From a virus (taxonomy: Duplodnaviria; Heunggongvirae; Uroviricota; Caudoviricetes), in the IMG/VR virus record IMGVR_UViG_3300025310_000004, positions 59,759-123,758 of that record: a DNA stretch of 64,000 nucleotides, one strand, 5' to 3'. The notes beneath the pieces were generated by a model. That model had not been told where the DNA came from, did not search any database, and saw only the letters and a list, made by a program, of their open reading frames with translations. Positions within the stretch are counted from its first letter, which is position 1. The number at the start of each line of letters is the position of its first letter. This document shows, piece after piece, positions 32,543 through 42,175 of the stretch. The translations under genes and the position numbers were made by a program.

Positions 32543-33036
32543 TGAGCGACCTGGCGTCTGAGCGCACCTGCTGGGACTGCTTCTTCATGGAGCAGGTCGA
32601 TCTTGCGGCCAAGCAGTCCACCTGCAGGACGCGCCACGTTGGTGGCGTGCTGGTGCGAGGCAACCGCATCGTTGCTCAGGGCTTCAACGGCAACCTCCCT
32701 GGTCACCCTCACTGTGACCAGGGAGGTTGCGACCGTTGTGCCGACCGAGCGCGAGGCATCGGCGAGTCCGGTGAGGCCCTGGGTGCATGTCTGTGCGTCC
32801 ATGCCGAGCAGAACATCGTCTCCTACTGCGCCCGCAACGGCATCTCGATGGCCGACACCACGATCTACCTGCCGTGCAACCCGTGCTTGGACTGCATGAA
32901 GTTGATCGTCTCGGCCGGGGTGAGCGAGATCGTGTTCCGCGACCGCTACCCATCGACGTTTATCTTGGTGCGTCGCGTCGCCGAGGTGTCCGGGGTGACC
33001 ATGCGGTTCGCCTCGTGCAACTGCACCACCGAGTAG
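32542..33036 (+). CDS. dCMP/cytidine deaminase-family zinc enzyme
   Basis: HAEQN and PCNPCLDC zinc motifs. Confidence 0.8.
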   Translation: MSDLASERTCWDCFFMEQVDLAAKQSTCRTRHVGGVLVRGNRIVAQGFNGNLPGHPHCDQGGCDRCADRARGIGESGEALGACLCVHAEQNIVSYCARNGISMADTTIYLPCNPCLDCMKLIVSAGVSEIVFRDRYPSTFILVRRVAEVSGVTMRFASCNCTTE

Positions 33037-33099
33037 GTCGTTCGGATCATCTTCCGAGAAACCCCTTGCAGGTGTCTCACTCGTTTGCTAGAGTTTGCT

Positions 33100-33790
33100 C
33101 TAGTTCGCAAGACCCCAGACCGCAAGGACGGGGCACTACAACTGAATAGATCGCAGCAGCAGCGTTGCGTAGGAACGGGTTACTTCTCCTGTTAAGAGAG
33201 TGGAGAGGGTTCGACTCCCTCCGGGGCCGCCAACATGGTCCCGTGGTGTAACGGCCAGCACACTAACCGTCACCTGATCCGCCGAGTTCTCGCTGCTGCT
33301 CAATCGCACGACGACGTTGCGAAGCGTTGGGATACTTCCGGTACCACTTTCACCGGGCCTACCTCGTGGTCGAGGACCTGCACTCCGTTGCAGGAAGTGG
33401 GGTTCGATTCCCCGGCTCTCCTCCTGATGCGCCAAGTTCTCGTCGTCGCACCACCTCGGTGGCGATGCGTAGCGTTGGGATACTTCGGTAACACAGGTTC
33501 GACTCCTGTCGGCCAGAGCAATCTGGTTTGGCCCCACTTCGGAGGGGCATCGAGTCCTCGGACTCAACAGCACTCCTGATGCGCCAAGTTCACGCCACCA
33601 AGATGTGGGACGTTGCGAAGGTCCGGGTTACTTCTGGCTTCCAATCAGACCCAACACCTGTACCGACGAGTTCTCGTCCCCTCAACCGCTGGTGGCGGTG
33701 GCGATGCGAAGCCATGGGTTACTTCATCTTGGAACGAACACCTGCGGCGACCAAGTTCACGCCACTGCACCCAGCCCAACCGAAAGGAGC
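33100..33790 (+). ncRNA. tandem array of Y-RNA-like repeats with tRNA-like T-arm modules upstream of Ro60 gene
   Basis: Four to five ~150-bp units share GTTGCG(A/T)AG..GGGTTACTTC and CCTGATGCGCCAAGTTC. T-arms at ~33204, 33397 and 33494. Confidence 0.5.
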
Positions 33791-33796
33791 ACCACC

Positions 33797-35404
33797 ATGG
33801 CCAAGTTCTCGAACACCAAGCCCGCGCCGCGCAAGCGTGCGACGGCCCCGACGAAGGTGACCGGCACCCGCCTCGCTACGCACGAGGGCGGCACCGGCTA
33901 CGCCAAGGACGACAAGACGGCCCTCTACACGCTGGCCGTCACCAACATGGTCGGCGAGCCGACCTTCTACGAGTCCGGCAAGGACCGTGACGACCGCTTC
34001 CGCACCCTGGTGCGGCGCGTGACCACGCAGGACCCCACCTGGGTCGCCGGGTTCATCGGCTTCCTCCGCAACGAGGCCAACATGCGGTCGGCATCGATCG
34101 TCGTGGCTGCCGAGGCGGCCAAGACCCTGCTCGACCTGCGCGCCAAGGGCGTCGAGGTGGACGGCAACGTGCGCTCAATCATCGCTTCGGCGTGCGAACG
34201 TGCCGATGAGCCTGCAGAGATGCTGGGCTACTGGCTCGCCAACTACGGCCGCGCCCTGCCCATGGGCGTCAAGCGCGGCATCGGCGACGCGGCTGTGCGT
34301 CTCTACACCGAGCGCAACGCTCTCAAGTACGACGGCGGAAGCCGTGGCGTGCGGATGGGCGACGTGCTCAACCTGACCCACCCCACCCCTGGTGCGGCCT
34401 GGCAGTCGGACCTGTTCCGCTACCTGCTGGACCGCCGTCACGGGCACGCCGAGGGCGTGGTCCCCGAGACGCTGGCGACCATCCTCGCCGCAACCGACCT
34501 CGACGCGACCCCCGAGGGTCAGCGTCGTGCGCTCCTGCGTGAGCGTGGCCCCGAGGCTCTGGCCGACGCGGGCTACACCTGGGAGCGCCTGAGCGGCTGG
34601 CTGCCCGGCGGCATGGACGCCGAGGCGTGGGAGGCCATCATCCCCTCGATGGGGTATATGGCCCTGCTGCGGAACCTCCGCAACTTCGAGCAGGCCAAGG
34701 TGGAGAAGGCCGTCCTCAAGGGCGTGGCCGACCACCTGGCTGACCCCGAGGCTGTGGCCAAGAGCCGTCAGTTCCCGTACCGCTTCTTCTCGGCGTGGAA
34801 GGCGTCGGGCAGCACCTTCTTCGGTGCTGCGCTTGAAGCGGCGCTGGACGAGTCGGTCAAGAACCTCCCGATCTTCTCGGGGCGCACCCTGGTCGCCATC
34901 GACACCAGCGGCTCGATGCAGTCGCCCGTGTCGGGCCGCAGCCAGGCGCAGTGCTACGAGGTGGGCGCGCTGTTCGGCTCTGCCGTGGCCGCTCGCTCCG
35001 ACTGCGACGTGATCCTCTACGCGGATCGCTGGGACTGGTTCACCCCCGAGGTGTCCGTCCTGCGTTCGGTGGAGAAGGTCCGTCGTCTGATCGGCGAGGT
35101 CGGGTACGGCACCAACACCTGGCCGTCCGTCGCCCAGGCGTTCGCCAACAAGGGCGGCTATGACCGCATCGTGGTCATGACCGACTGCCAGGACCACCCG
35201 GCTCGTGGTGGCCTCTACGGCCACCGCGACACCAGCACGCTGCCGGATGTCCCGATCTACGTCTGGGACCTCCGCGGCTACGAGGCCACCAACATCGACA
35301 ACACGCCGGGGCGCTACCTGTTCGGAGGCTTCTCCGACGCGGCGTTCAAGATGATCGCTCTCATCGAGCGCGGTCAGAACGCCGAGTGGCCCTGGCTCGA
35401 CTGA
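33797..35404 (+). CDS. rsr: Ro60/Rsr orthologue (TROVE domain + vWA domain)
   Basis: N-terminal TROVE-like region and C-terminal vWA MIDAS DTSGSM. GAAAGGAG SD. Confidence 0.75.
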   Translation: MAKFSNTKPAPRKRATAPTKVTGTRLATHEGGTGYAKDDKTALYTLAVTNMVGEPTFYESGKDRDDRFRTLVRRVTTQDPTWVAGFIGFLRNEANMRSASIVVAAEAAKTLLDLRAKGVEVDGNVRSIIASACERADEPAEMLGYWLANYGRALPMGVKRGIGDAAVRLYTERNALKYDGGSRGVRMGDVLNLTHPTPGAAWQSDLFRYLLDRRHGHAEGVVPETLATILAATDLDATPEGQRRALLRERGPEALADAGYTWERLSGWLPGGMDAEAWEAIIPSMGYMALLRNLRNFEQAKVEKAVLKGVADHLADPEAVAKSRQFPYRFFSAWKASGSTFFGAALEAALDESVKNLPIFSGRTLVAIDTSGSMQSPVSGRSQAQCYEVGALFGSAVAARSDCDVILYADRWDWFTPEVSVLRSVEKVRRLIGEVGYGTNTWPSVAQAFANKGGYDRIVVMTDCQDHPARGGLYGHRDTSTLPDVPIYVWDLRGYEATNIDNTPGRYLFGGFSDAAFKMIALIERGQNAEWPWLD

Positions 35405-35476
35405 GCACAACGCTCACCATGAAGTGCATGAAGCCCCTCCCCACCGGGAGGGGCTTCTGCCGTTACAGGAGACAAT

Positions 35477-35677
35477 ATGCAACTCAACGGACACAAGATC
35501 AGGCGGCTACGCGAAGATGCCGGGATGACTGCACGGGACCTTTGCCGAGCCGCCTCGATCTCACCACCCTTCTTGAGCCAGATCGAAGGTGGCACTCGCA
35601 ACTGCTCGCCCCCGGTGGCAGCACGACTCGCAGCAGCACTTGAAGTAGCCATCGTGGACTTGAGGGAGGACGACTGA
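35477..35677 (+). CDS. XRE-family HTH transcriptional regulator
   Basis: LREDAGMTARDLCRAASISPPFLSQIEGG. Confidence 0.7.
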   Translation: MQLNGHKIRRLREDAGMTARDLCRAASISPPFLSQIEGGTRNCSPPVAARLAAALEVAIVDLREDD

Positions 35678-36138
35678 TGAAGCGACCGTGGCGCTTGATC
35701 CTTGAGGTGGGGAACCCTGATAGCCCGAGGGCTATCACTAGCAATCAGCCAGCAGAGGTGATCGAGCCAGCGAAGCCATCTCTCGACGCGGTGTGGCCGA
35801 TGTTGGTCGATGCCCGTCACAAGTTGATCGACGCCATGGCCAACGGTGCCGACTCCAAGGTGGCTGACACCAACTCGTGGATCGGTGGTGCTCTGGCCGC
35901 TGCAGCCGTCCTCACCGGCAACTCGGCAGAGGCACTGAGGGACAGGCTCTTGGCCGAGGTACCTACGCCGTCGTCCACGAACCCCTACGAGCGCCTTGGT
36001 GAGTTCCGCTCCACCGAGCGTCGTCGTCCTTCCCCTCCACCCGGAGCGCCCAAGCCGATTGACCCGGCCACGCTCACCCCTGAGGAGCGGGAAGAACTCG
36101 GGATCGTGATGCCGGAGGACGACGCGGCTGAACCATAG
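35677..36138 (+). CDS. hypothetical protein
   Basis: 153-aa ORF with ATGA overlap. Confidence 0.5.
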   Translation: MKRPWRLILEVGNPDSPRAITSNQPAEVIEPAKPSLDAVWPMLVDARHKLIDAMANGADSKVADTNSWIGGALAAAAVLTGNSAEALRDRLLAEVPTPSSTNPYERLGEFRSTERRRPSPPPGAPKPIDPATLTPEEREELGIVMPEDDAAEP

Positions 36139-36190
36139 ACATTAGCAATGGCACCCGGTATGCTTATTACATCATTTGTGCTAGGAGGTC

Positions 36191-36433
36191 GTGATGCCCA
36201 ACATCATGAGCGACACCAAGGACAACAGCACCGCTGCCATCATCGCTCGCGAGGCCATCGCTCTTGCCGAGGAACTCGATCAGATTCGGTCGATCTACGG
36301 TGACGAGTGCTGGACCACGGTGAAGCGCGCCCTGCACATGGACCCCACGTTGGAGTGGCACGACACCATCGAACGCGCCCTCACGGATTGGGAGTCTGCT
36401 CACCCACGGTTCGACCCCAGCACGATCTTCTGA
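36191..36433 (+). CDS. hypothetical protein
   Basis: 80-aa ORF with an AGGAGG SD. Confidence 0.5.
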   Translation: MMPNIMSDTKDNSTAAIIAREAIALAEELDQIRSIYGDECWTTVKRALHMDPTLEWHDTIERALTDWESAHPRFDPSTIF

Positions 36434-36632
36434 CAGTCGCAGTTGCGGGAACTTCGGATTTCTGCTCACCCATCCACACACCCACTCGGTTGGCTCGCAT
36501 ATATTAGGAACCAATCCGCTCGTGGACTAAGAACCACGGTGGTGGTAGGTCGCAACCTAGTTGCGGCAAGAGGGAACGGCGTAGCCGGGCCTTCGAGCCA
36601 GAAAGCAACCGACGCAAACCGGAGGCAACCAA

Positions 36633-38594
36633 GTGGAGCCGATTCAGATTCCTGAGGACCTCGCGGGTCTATCGGATGAGGAACTGACTTCCCTAGGCGT
36701 TGAGATCAGGGAGCGTGTCGAGGGTCTGGCCGAGGAGGCCCGCACTTCCGACGAGGCTCTGTCTCAGGTCGAGGGACTCATTTCCGACTTCGATCGGATC
36801 AACGAGGAACTCAACAACCGTGAGGAGGCCGCAGCGAACCGCTCGGCTCGCCTCGATGCCGCTCTTGAGCGGTTTGGTCCTGCCGAGGGCGAGGACACCG
36901 ACGAGGCCACCGAGGAGGCCGTCGCCGAGGAGGCCGAGCAGGACTCGGCTGACGAGGAGGCTGCAGCCGAGGAGGACACCGAGGTGAGCGAGGACGCTGA
37001 GGCCGATGCTGATGCTGTCGCCGCTTCCACCGAGGACGAGGCCACCGCCGAGTTCACCGCTGAGGACAGCACCGACACCCCGGATGAGGCACCCGCCGAG
37101 TCCACCACCGAGTTCACCGCCGAGGTGGAGGCCCCTGAGGCCGCTGCTGAGGAGTTCAACGCCGAGGACAACCAGTCCGAGGACTTCACCACCGAGGACG
37201 AGCAGTCCGACGAGTTCACCAACGAGGAGGTCACCGAAGTGGCTGCTTCTGACGACCGGACCCCCAAGGTGTCTCGCCTGCGCGAGCGTCGCCCGGAGGC
37301 TGTCGCCCCCCGCTCCCAGGTGGAGCGGGCCGGTGCCACCCTTGCGGCCCGCTTCGCTGGCGGCAACACCGTCGAGGGTCAGCCCATCGACATCCCCACG
37401 CTGGCCCAGGCCATCGTGGACAAGCGCCTAGCCATGGGCAACGTGCCCAGCGGCATCTTCGACAAGATCACCGTGGCCTCCGCCACGATGGAGTTCGGCG
37501 ATGACGTGGTTGGCGGCGGTGCCCAGGAGAACTTCTCCACCCTGCGCCGGGTCGCCGAGCGCAACACCCAGGTCCGCGAGGAGATCACCGCTCTGGTGGC
37601 CTCCGGCGGCGTCTGCGCCCCGTTGGAGCCGTCCTACGACTTCTTCCGGCTGGCAGAGGCCATGGACCCGGTTGAGCGGTGCCTCGGCACCGTCGGCGCT
37701 CCCCGTGGAGGCATCCGCTACATCCAGCCGCCGGACTGGCGTGACGCCTGCGCTGGCGTCCGGGTCACCACCGAGGCTGAGGACGCCGCTGGCTACGTCA
37801 GCCAGGGTGGCCCCACCCCTGACAAGCCCTGCGTGGCCGTCGAGTGTCCTCCGATCTTGGAGTGCCGCGTCGATGCCGTCTCGCAGTGCGTGACCTTCGG
37901 CAACCTGAACTACCGGGTGTTCCCCGAGCAGGTTGAGGCGTTCCTGGCCGATCTGTCGGTGTGCTTCTCCGAGACGAAGGAGATTTTCTACCTCGACGCG
38001 ATCGACGCCGCCTCGACCCCGGTGACCGCTGGTCCCTCCCCCTACGGCGCTTCCCGCGCTGCGGCCTACGACCTGTCGGTGGCCGCCGCCAACTACCGCC
38101 GTCGTCACCACATGTCGCCGGATGCGACCTTGACGGTGCTCCTGCCCTCCTGGGCGATCGAGTTCCTCAAGATCGACATGCTCAACGACCACTCGTTGGG
38201 CCTGGCGAACTGGTGCCTGTCCGACGCCGACGTTGCTTGCTGGTTCGCCCAGAACAACCTCGACGTGTGCTTCTACTACGACTCGGCCACTGGTGCTGGC
38301 CAGGCGTTCAACGACATCCAGGCTCCTGGTGCCATCAACCAGTGGCCTGACACCATGGTGTCGTACATGTTCGCCCCCGGCACCTTCGTCCGGCTCGACG
38401 CAGGCACGCTCGATGTCGGCCTCATCCGCGACAGCGCCCTCAACGGCACCAACGACCTGCAACTGTTCGCTGAGCAGTGGATTCAGGTCTGCAAGGTCGG
38501 CATCGAGTCGCTCCGCATCGAGCACACCCTGTGCCCGACGGGTGCGGCAACCGAGCCGGTCCCGCCGCTGGTCTGCGCTGCAGGCGTCTCCTGA
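36633..38594 (+). CDS. major capsid protein (HK97-like C-terminal region) with long N-terminal coiled-coil/acidic scaffold-like domain
   Basis: N-terminal ~250 aa are coiled-coil plus Glu/Asp-rich repeats. The C-terminal ~400 aa look capsid-like. Confidence 0.5.
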   Translation: MEPIQIPEDLAGLSDEELTSLGVEIRERVEGLAEEARTSDEALSQVEGLISDFDRINEELNNREEAAANRSARLDAALERFGPAEGEDTDEATEEAVAEEAEQDSADEEAAAEEDTEVSEDAEADADAVAASTEDEATAEFTAEDSTDTPDEAPAESTTEFTAEVEAPEAAAEEFNAEDNQSEDFTTEDEQSDEFTNEEVTEVAASDDRTPKVSRLRERRPEAVAPRSQVERAGATLAARFAGGNTVEGQPIDIPTLAQAIVDKRLAMGNVPSGIFDKITVASATMEFGDDVVGGGAQENFSTLRRVAERNTQVREEITALVASGGVCAPLEPSYDFFRLAEAMDPVERCLGTVGAPRGGIRYIQPPDWRDACAGVRVTTEAEDAAGYVSQGGPTPDKPCVAVECPPILECRVDAVSQCVTFGNLNYRVFPEQVEAFLADLSVCFSETKEIFYLDAIDAASTPVTAGPSPYGASRAAAYDLSVAAANYRRRHHMSPDATLTVLLPSWAIEFLKIDMLNDHSLGLANWCLSDADVACWFAQNNLDVCFYYDSATGAGQAFNDIQAPGAINQWPDTMVSYMFAPGTFVRLDAGTLDVGLIRDSALNGTNDLQLFAEQWIQVCKVGIESLRIEHTLCPTGAATEPVPPLVCAAGVS

Positions 38595-38640
38595 TCGCCT
38601 GGTCGCACTCGATCGTCTAGTACGATCACCTGCATGAGAT

Positions 38641-38668
38641 GGGCCGGGTGGCTTCGGCCACCCGGCCC
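38641..38668 (+). terminator. strong hairpin GGGCCGGGTGG-CTTCGG-CCACCCGGCCC after capsid gene
   Basis: Seen directly. Confidence 0.5.
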
Positions 38669-38709
38669 TCATGCGTTAGGACCGAAGCACTCAACGAGGG
38701 GATAACCGC

Positions 38710-39945
38710 ATGGGTATCGCACCTGAAACTGTCGTGGCCCCTCCGGCTACCACGCCGCCGCTGCACTCGTTGATTGCGTCGGCGGTCGTTGTCGATGAGC
38801 CGGAGGGTTCTCGGTGGGAGGCTGGCTTCTCCTTCCAGCCCGAGAACTGCATTGAGGCTGAGGCATGGAACCCATGTGGTGAGTGCAACCCAGCCATTCT
38901 CTATCTCTACATCTGCGCCGGGTCGGGCACCTTCACCGTCACTTGGTACGGCGAGTCCACCCCCGCGCTGCCCTACAACGTCTCGGCCGAGGACTTCGAG
39001 ACGGCTCTCAACGACCTGATCCTCGTGGCCCTAGGTTCTCCCGAGGTGGTCGTGGAGGTTACGGGCGGCCCTGGTGCACCCAGCGAGCCCGAGCCCTACA
39101 TCATCACCCTGTCTGGCCCCATCCTCGACACCTACTGCGAGACGGGAGTTCCTCCGGCCTTCGAGCCATTCACCACCGACGGCGATCTTGCTGATGGCGA
39201 GTGCAAGAACACCGTCTACGGTGGCACGTTCCAAGAGCCTGGTCCCTACAAGGTCAACAAGAAGTCCTACGACGGCAACCAGGATGAGGTGGACTACGAG
39301 CCCTTCATCATCGAGGTGCCCTACACCTGCTCGACGTTCGGCTTCCAGGCGGCCGACTACGAGAAGCGCGCTCGTCGGCAGTTGATGGCGACGATGCACA
39401 AGGCGTTGGAGAACGAGTTCTGGACGGGCTCGATCAACCCCACCAACCTTTCGCTGGTTGGCTCGACGCCCAACGACGACGCCCACATCCTCAACCCTGG
39501 TGGGGCGGCTGCTCCGGTTGCGGTTAGCCCCGGCGTCGCCCTCATGCTGCTGTCCCAGGCGCTCGCGAACTGCGGCTCCGGTGGACGCGGCATGATCCAT
39601 GCCACTCCGGCCACCGTTGAGCGCTGGATCAACCTCACCAACGTCCGCTGTGACGACAAGTTGATCCAGACCTGCTCGCGTGGCGACATCATCGTCAACG
39701 GATCGGGCTACCCCGGCACCGGCCCCGAGGGCCAGCCAGCGCCCGGCCCCAACGAGGTGTGGGCCTACGCCACCGGCATGGTCAACATCCGACTCGGTGA
39801 TCCTGAGGTGTACCCCAAGGAGTTCGCCGAGGCGATCGACCGCAAGACCAACACCGTGACCTACCGAGGAGAGATCGTCGCATCTGCTGTTCATGATCTG
39901 TGCTGCTCGTTCGCAGTCCTGATCGACCTGTGCGGCACGGTCTGA
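38710..39945 (+). CDS. hypothetical structural protein (Cys-rich)
   Basis: 411-aa ORF in the structural block. Confidence 0.45.
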   Translation: MGIAPETVVAPPATTPPLHSLIASAVVVDEPEGSRWEAGFSFQPENCIEAEAWNPCGECNPAILYLYICAGSGTFTVTWYGESTPALPYNVSAEDFETALNDLILVALGSPEVVVEVTGGPGAPSEPEPYIITLSGPILDTYCETGVPPAFEPFTTDGDLADGECKNTVYGGTFQEPGPYKVNKKSYDGNQDEVDYEPFIIEVPYTCSTFGFQAADYEKRARRQLMATMHKALENEFWTGSINPTNLSLVGSTPNDDAHILNPGGAAAPVAVSPGVALMLLSQALANCGSGGRGMIHATPATVERWINLTNVRCDDKLIQTCSRGDIIVNGSGYPGTGPEGQPAPGPNEVWAYATGMVNIRLGDPEVYPKEFAEAIDRKTNTVTYRGEIVASAVHDLCCSFAVLIDLCGTV

Positions 39946-39955
39946 GGGGGTCCAG

Positions 39956-40498
39956 ATGAGCCTCGGCGCTCCCATCCCAGAGTGCGTCGTCAGCCCCGGC
40001 GACAACTGCCTGCCAGTGCAGGTCATGGTGCTGTGCGATCAGCACCCACCGCCCGACGCTGGTGATGGCGCTCTCGTTCCCTTCATCCGTGAGTTCCAGT
40101 TCAACTGCGACACGGGTGCTCTGATCGGGTTCAACGACTACGACTTCGATGGTGCTCCCTACTCGGTCATCGGCACCGTGCAGGACTGCGCCGCGTCTGC
40201 TGTGGTCGATGCCGACAACCCGGTCAACATTCGACGCGAGAACTTGGTCGGCCCTTCTGCCTGGTCGCCGTCGCCTTGCACCATCGCCGTGACGGTGAAG
40301 GTGCGTGCCGTTGGTGTGGCTGGATCGGTCACCTTCACCGACGAACAGGGAATCGTCTCGGACATGTTCGTTGGTGACGAGGAGTCATGGCGTTCGCCGA
40401 GCGACGTTCCCTTCTACGGCTCCGCTACCGTCACCCTCACCGACCCCGGCGACCTCGTGACCGTCATCTGGTCCGAGGTGCCTGGATGCGCGGGCTGA
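39956..40498 (+). CDS. repeat-motif protein, paralogue of the two downstream fibre-like genes
   Basis: Shares the VLCD...NDYDFDGAPYSVIGTV motif. Confidence 0.45.
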   Translation: MSLGAPIPECVVSPGDNCLPVQVMVLCDQHPPPDAGDGALVPFIREFQFNCDTGALIGFNDYDFDGAPYSVIGTVQDCAASAVVDADNPVNIRRENLVGPSAWSPSPCTIAVTVKVRAVGVAGSVTFTDEQGIVSDMFVGDEESWRSPSDVPFYGSATVTLTDPGDLVTVIWSEVPGCAG

Positions 40499-40516
40499 TG
40501 TGGGAGGATAGGTGAC

Positions 40517-42175
40517 ATGGCAGGTGCCCCCATCCCCAACTCTGAGTGCGCTGATGGCGGCTGCCCCGAGTTGACCACTTCGATCGCCACGACGGGTCTT
40601 TGTCTCGATGACAACACGCCCATCGCGATCGTTGTCACGCGGGACTGCGATGGCGTAGTCACCGAAGATGGCTGGCTTGACCTGACCACCGGCACCTTCA
40701 CCGCTGGTCCTCCGCCGCCCGGAACCTCTGCCTGCACCACCGACAACTACGACTTCGCCCTCTCGGGCTGGCTCTGCGACATCTTGCCTGACGGCTCGGT
40801 GGCTGGCATCGCCCTAGTTCAGATCGAGCGTGACGGCTCGGGTGCTGTCATCGGCATCACCCTGATTGGTGTCGATGGACTGCCGTATGTCCCGGTCGGC
40901 ACGATGACGCGCTGCCCCGAGGATCGGCTTGCTGCTGAGGTGCTTTGCGACGCCGGAGCGGCCAACACGCCCTTCGTGCGCTTCTACACCTACAGCCCCG
41001 TCGGATCGATCCCGGCTCGTGACACCGATCTCGATGGCAACCCCTACGTCGTGGTTGGTCCGGTCGTTCGGTGCCTCACTGAGATCGATGACTCGACCCC
41101 GGTCGATGTCAACGTCACCAACACTCCGCTGCCCATCTCCGATGGTGGTGGATCGATCACTGTCGATGGGACGGTTGACGTTGGGAACTTCCCCGACGAT
41201 GCCGAGTTCTTGATCCTCTGCGACTTCCCGCCGCTGTTCCCGAACGCGACGGTGGTCCCGTTCCTACGTCGGTATGACGTGGACGATGCCGGTGTGGTCA
41301 CCACGACCGATACCGACCTCGATGGAGTGACGCCGTATGTCCCCACCGTTGGCGGGGCCGTCTCGATCTGTGATGTCGCCTACCAGGACTTCGAGCCAGA
41401 GGTGCTCTGCGACTTCGGGAACGCCAACACGCAGTTCCTTCGTCGCTACCGCGATACGGCCCTTGGTGTTCTGACCACCGACACCGACCTCGATGGCACC
41501 ACCCCTTACGTCGTGGTTGGCCCGGTTGGCACCTGCGCCGATGTGACCGGAACGGTTGATGTCGGCAACTGGCGCGATGACGCCGAGTACGCGGTTCTGT
41601 GCGACCTTGGTGCCGCCAACACGCCCTTCGTCCGTCGCTACGACGTGAGCGATACCGGAGTGGTCACCACCACGGACACGGCCCTAGACGGAACGACCCC
41701 CTACGTTGTGGTCGGCCCCGCTGGCATCTGCCCGGTGTCGGGCTCCGTTTCTGTGTCGTCGCTCCCCGAGCCCGTCAGCGTGGATGACAACGGCGGCTCG
41801 CTCACGGTGGACACCGACGGCGGGCCACTCGACGTTGCGATCGACACCGCTGCTGGCGACACGATCCGCATGGGCCGCGTGCGCCTGAACGGTGCTGGCG
41901 CTTCGTGGACCTTCGCCTCTACCGGAGGTGGACGCGTCAAGTCCGTCACCGTGATCTGCCTCGATGATGGAGTCGCTGGCGGTCCCGGCGCTGGCTCTGA
42001 CGTGACCGTGATCGACAGTTTCACCAACTCATTCGACATGAACACCGGACAGACGTTCTCTTGGTCAACCGACGCCATTGACGACGAGTTGACCGACGGA
42101 GCAGCCTTCACGGTGGTGCTCGGTCCAGGTGGGGCGAACGCCTATGTCGATGTTCTCTGGACGGAGGTGCTCTGA
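40517..42175 (+). CDS. tail fibre-like protein with ~6 tandem ~45-aa repeats
   Basis: Repeats of (V/L)LCD.G(A/N)ANT.F(V/L)RRY...TDTDLDG(T)TPYVVVGPV. Confidence 0.5.
   Translation: MAGAPIPNSECADGGCPELTTSIATTGLCLDDNTPIAIVVTRDCDGVVTEDGWLDLTTGTFTAGPPPPGTSACTTDNYDFALSGWLCDILPDGSVAGIALVQIERDGSGAVIGITLIGVDGLPYVPVGTMTRCPEDRLAAEVLCDAGAANTPFVRFYTYSPVGSIPARDTDLDGNPYVVVGPVVRCLTEIDDSTPVDVNVTNTPLPISDGGGSITVDGTVDVGNFPDDAEFLILCDFPPLFPNATVVPFLRRYDVDDAGVVTTTDTDLDGVTPYVPTVGGAVSICDVAYQDFEPEVLCDFGNANTQFLRRYRDTALGVLTTDTDLDGTTPYVVVGPVGTCADVTGTVDVGNWRDDAEYAVLCDLGAANTPFVRRYDVSDTGVVTTTDTALDGTTPYVVVGPAGICPVSGSVSVSSLPEPVSVDDNGGSLTVDTDGGPLDVAIDTAAGDTIRMGRVRLNGAGASWTFASTGGGRVKSVTVICLDDGVAGGPGAGSDVTVIDSFTNSFDMNTGQTFSWSTDAIDDELTDGAAFTVVLGPGGANAYVDVLWTEVL

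Noticed and set aside
33235-33579. ORF 33235..33579 (114 aa) and other ORFs across 33100-33790
   Set aside because: The region is a tandem repeat with tRNA-like hairpins upstream of the Ro60 gene. The ORF 'proteins' are low-complexity read-through of repeats.
38595-38636. Promoter-motif-like sequence TGGTCGCACTC..TAGTACGAT after the capsid gene
   Set aside because: It diverges from the conserved block. A strong terminator hairpin follows it rather than a gene start, so I treat it as a relic or terminator context.
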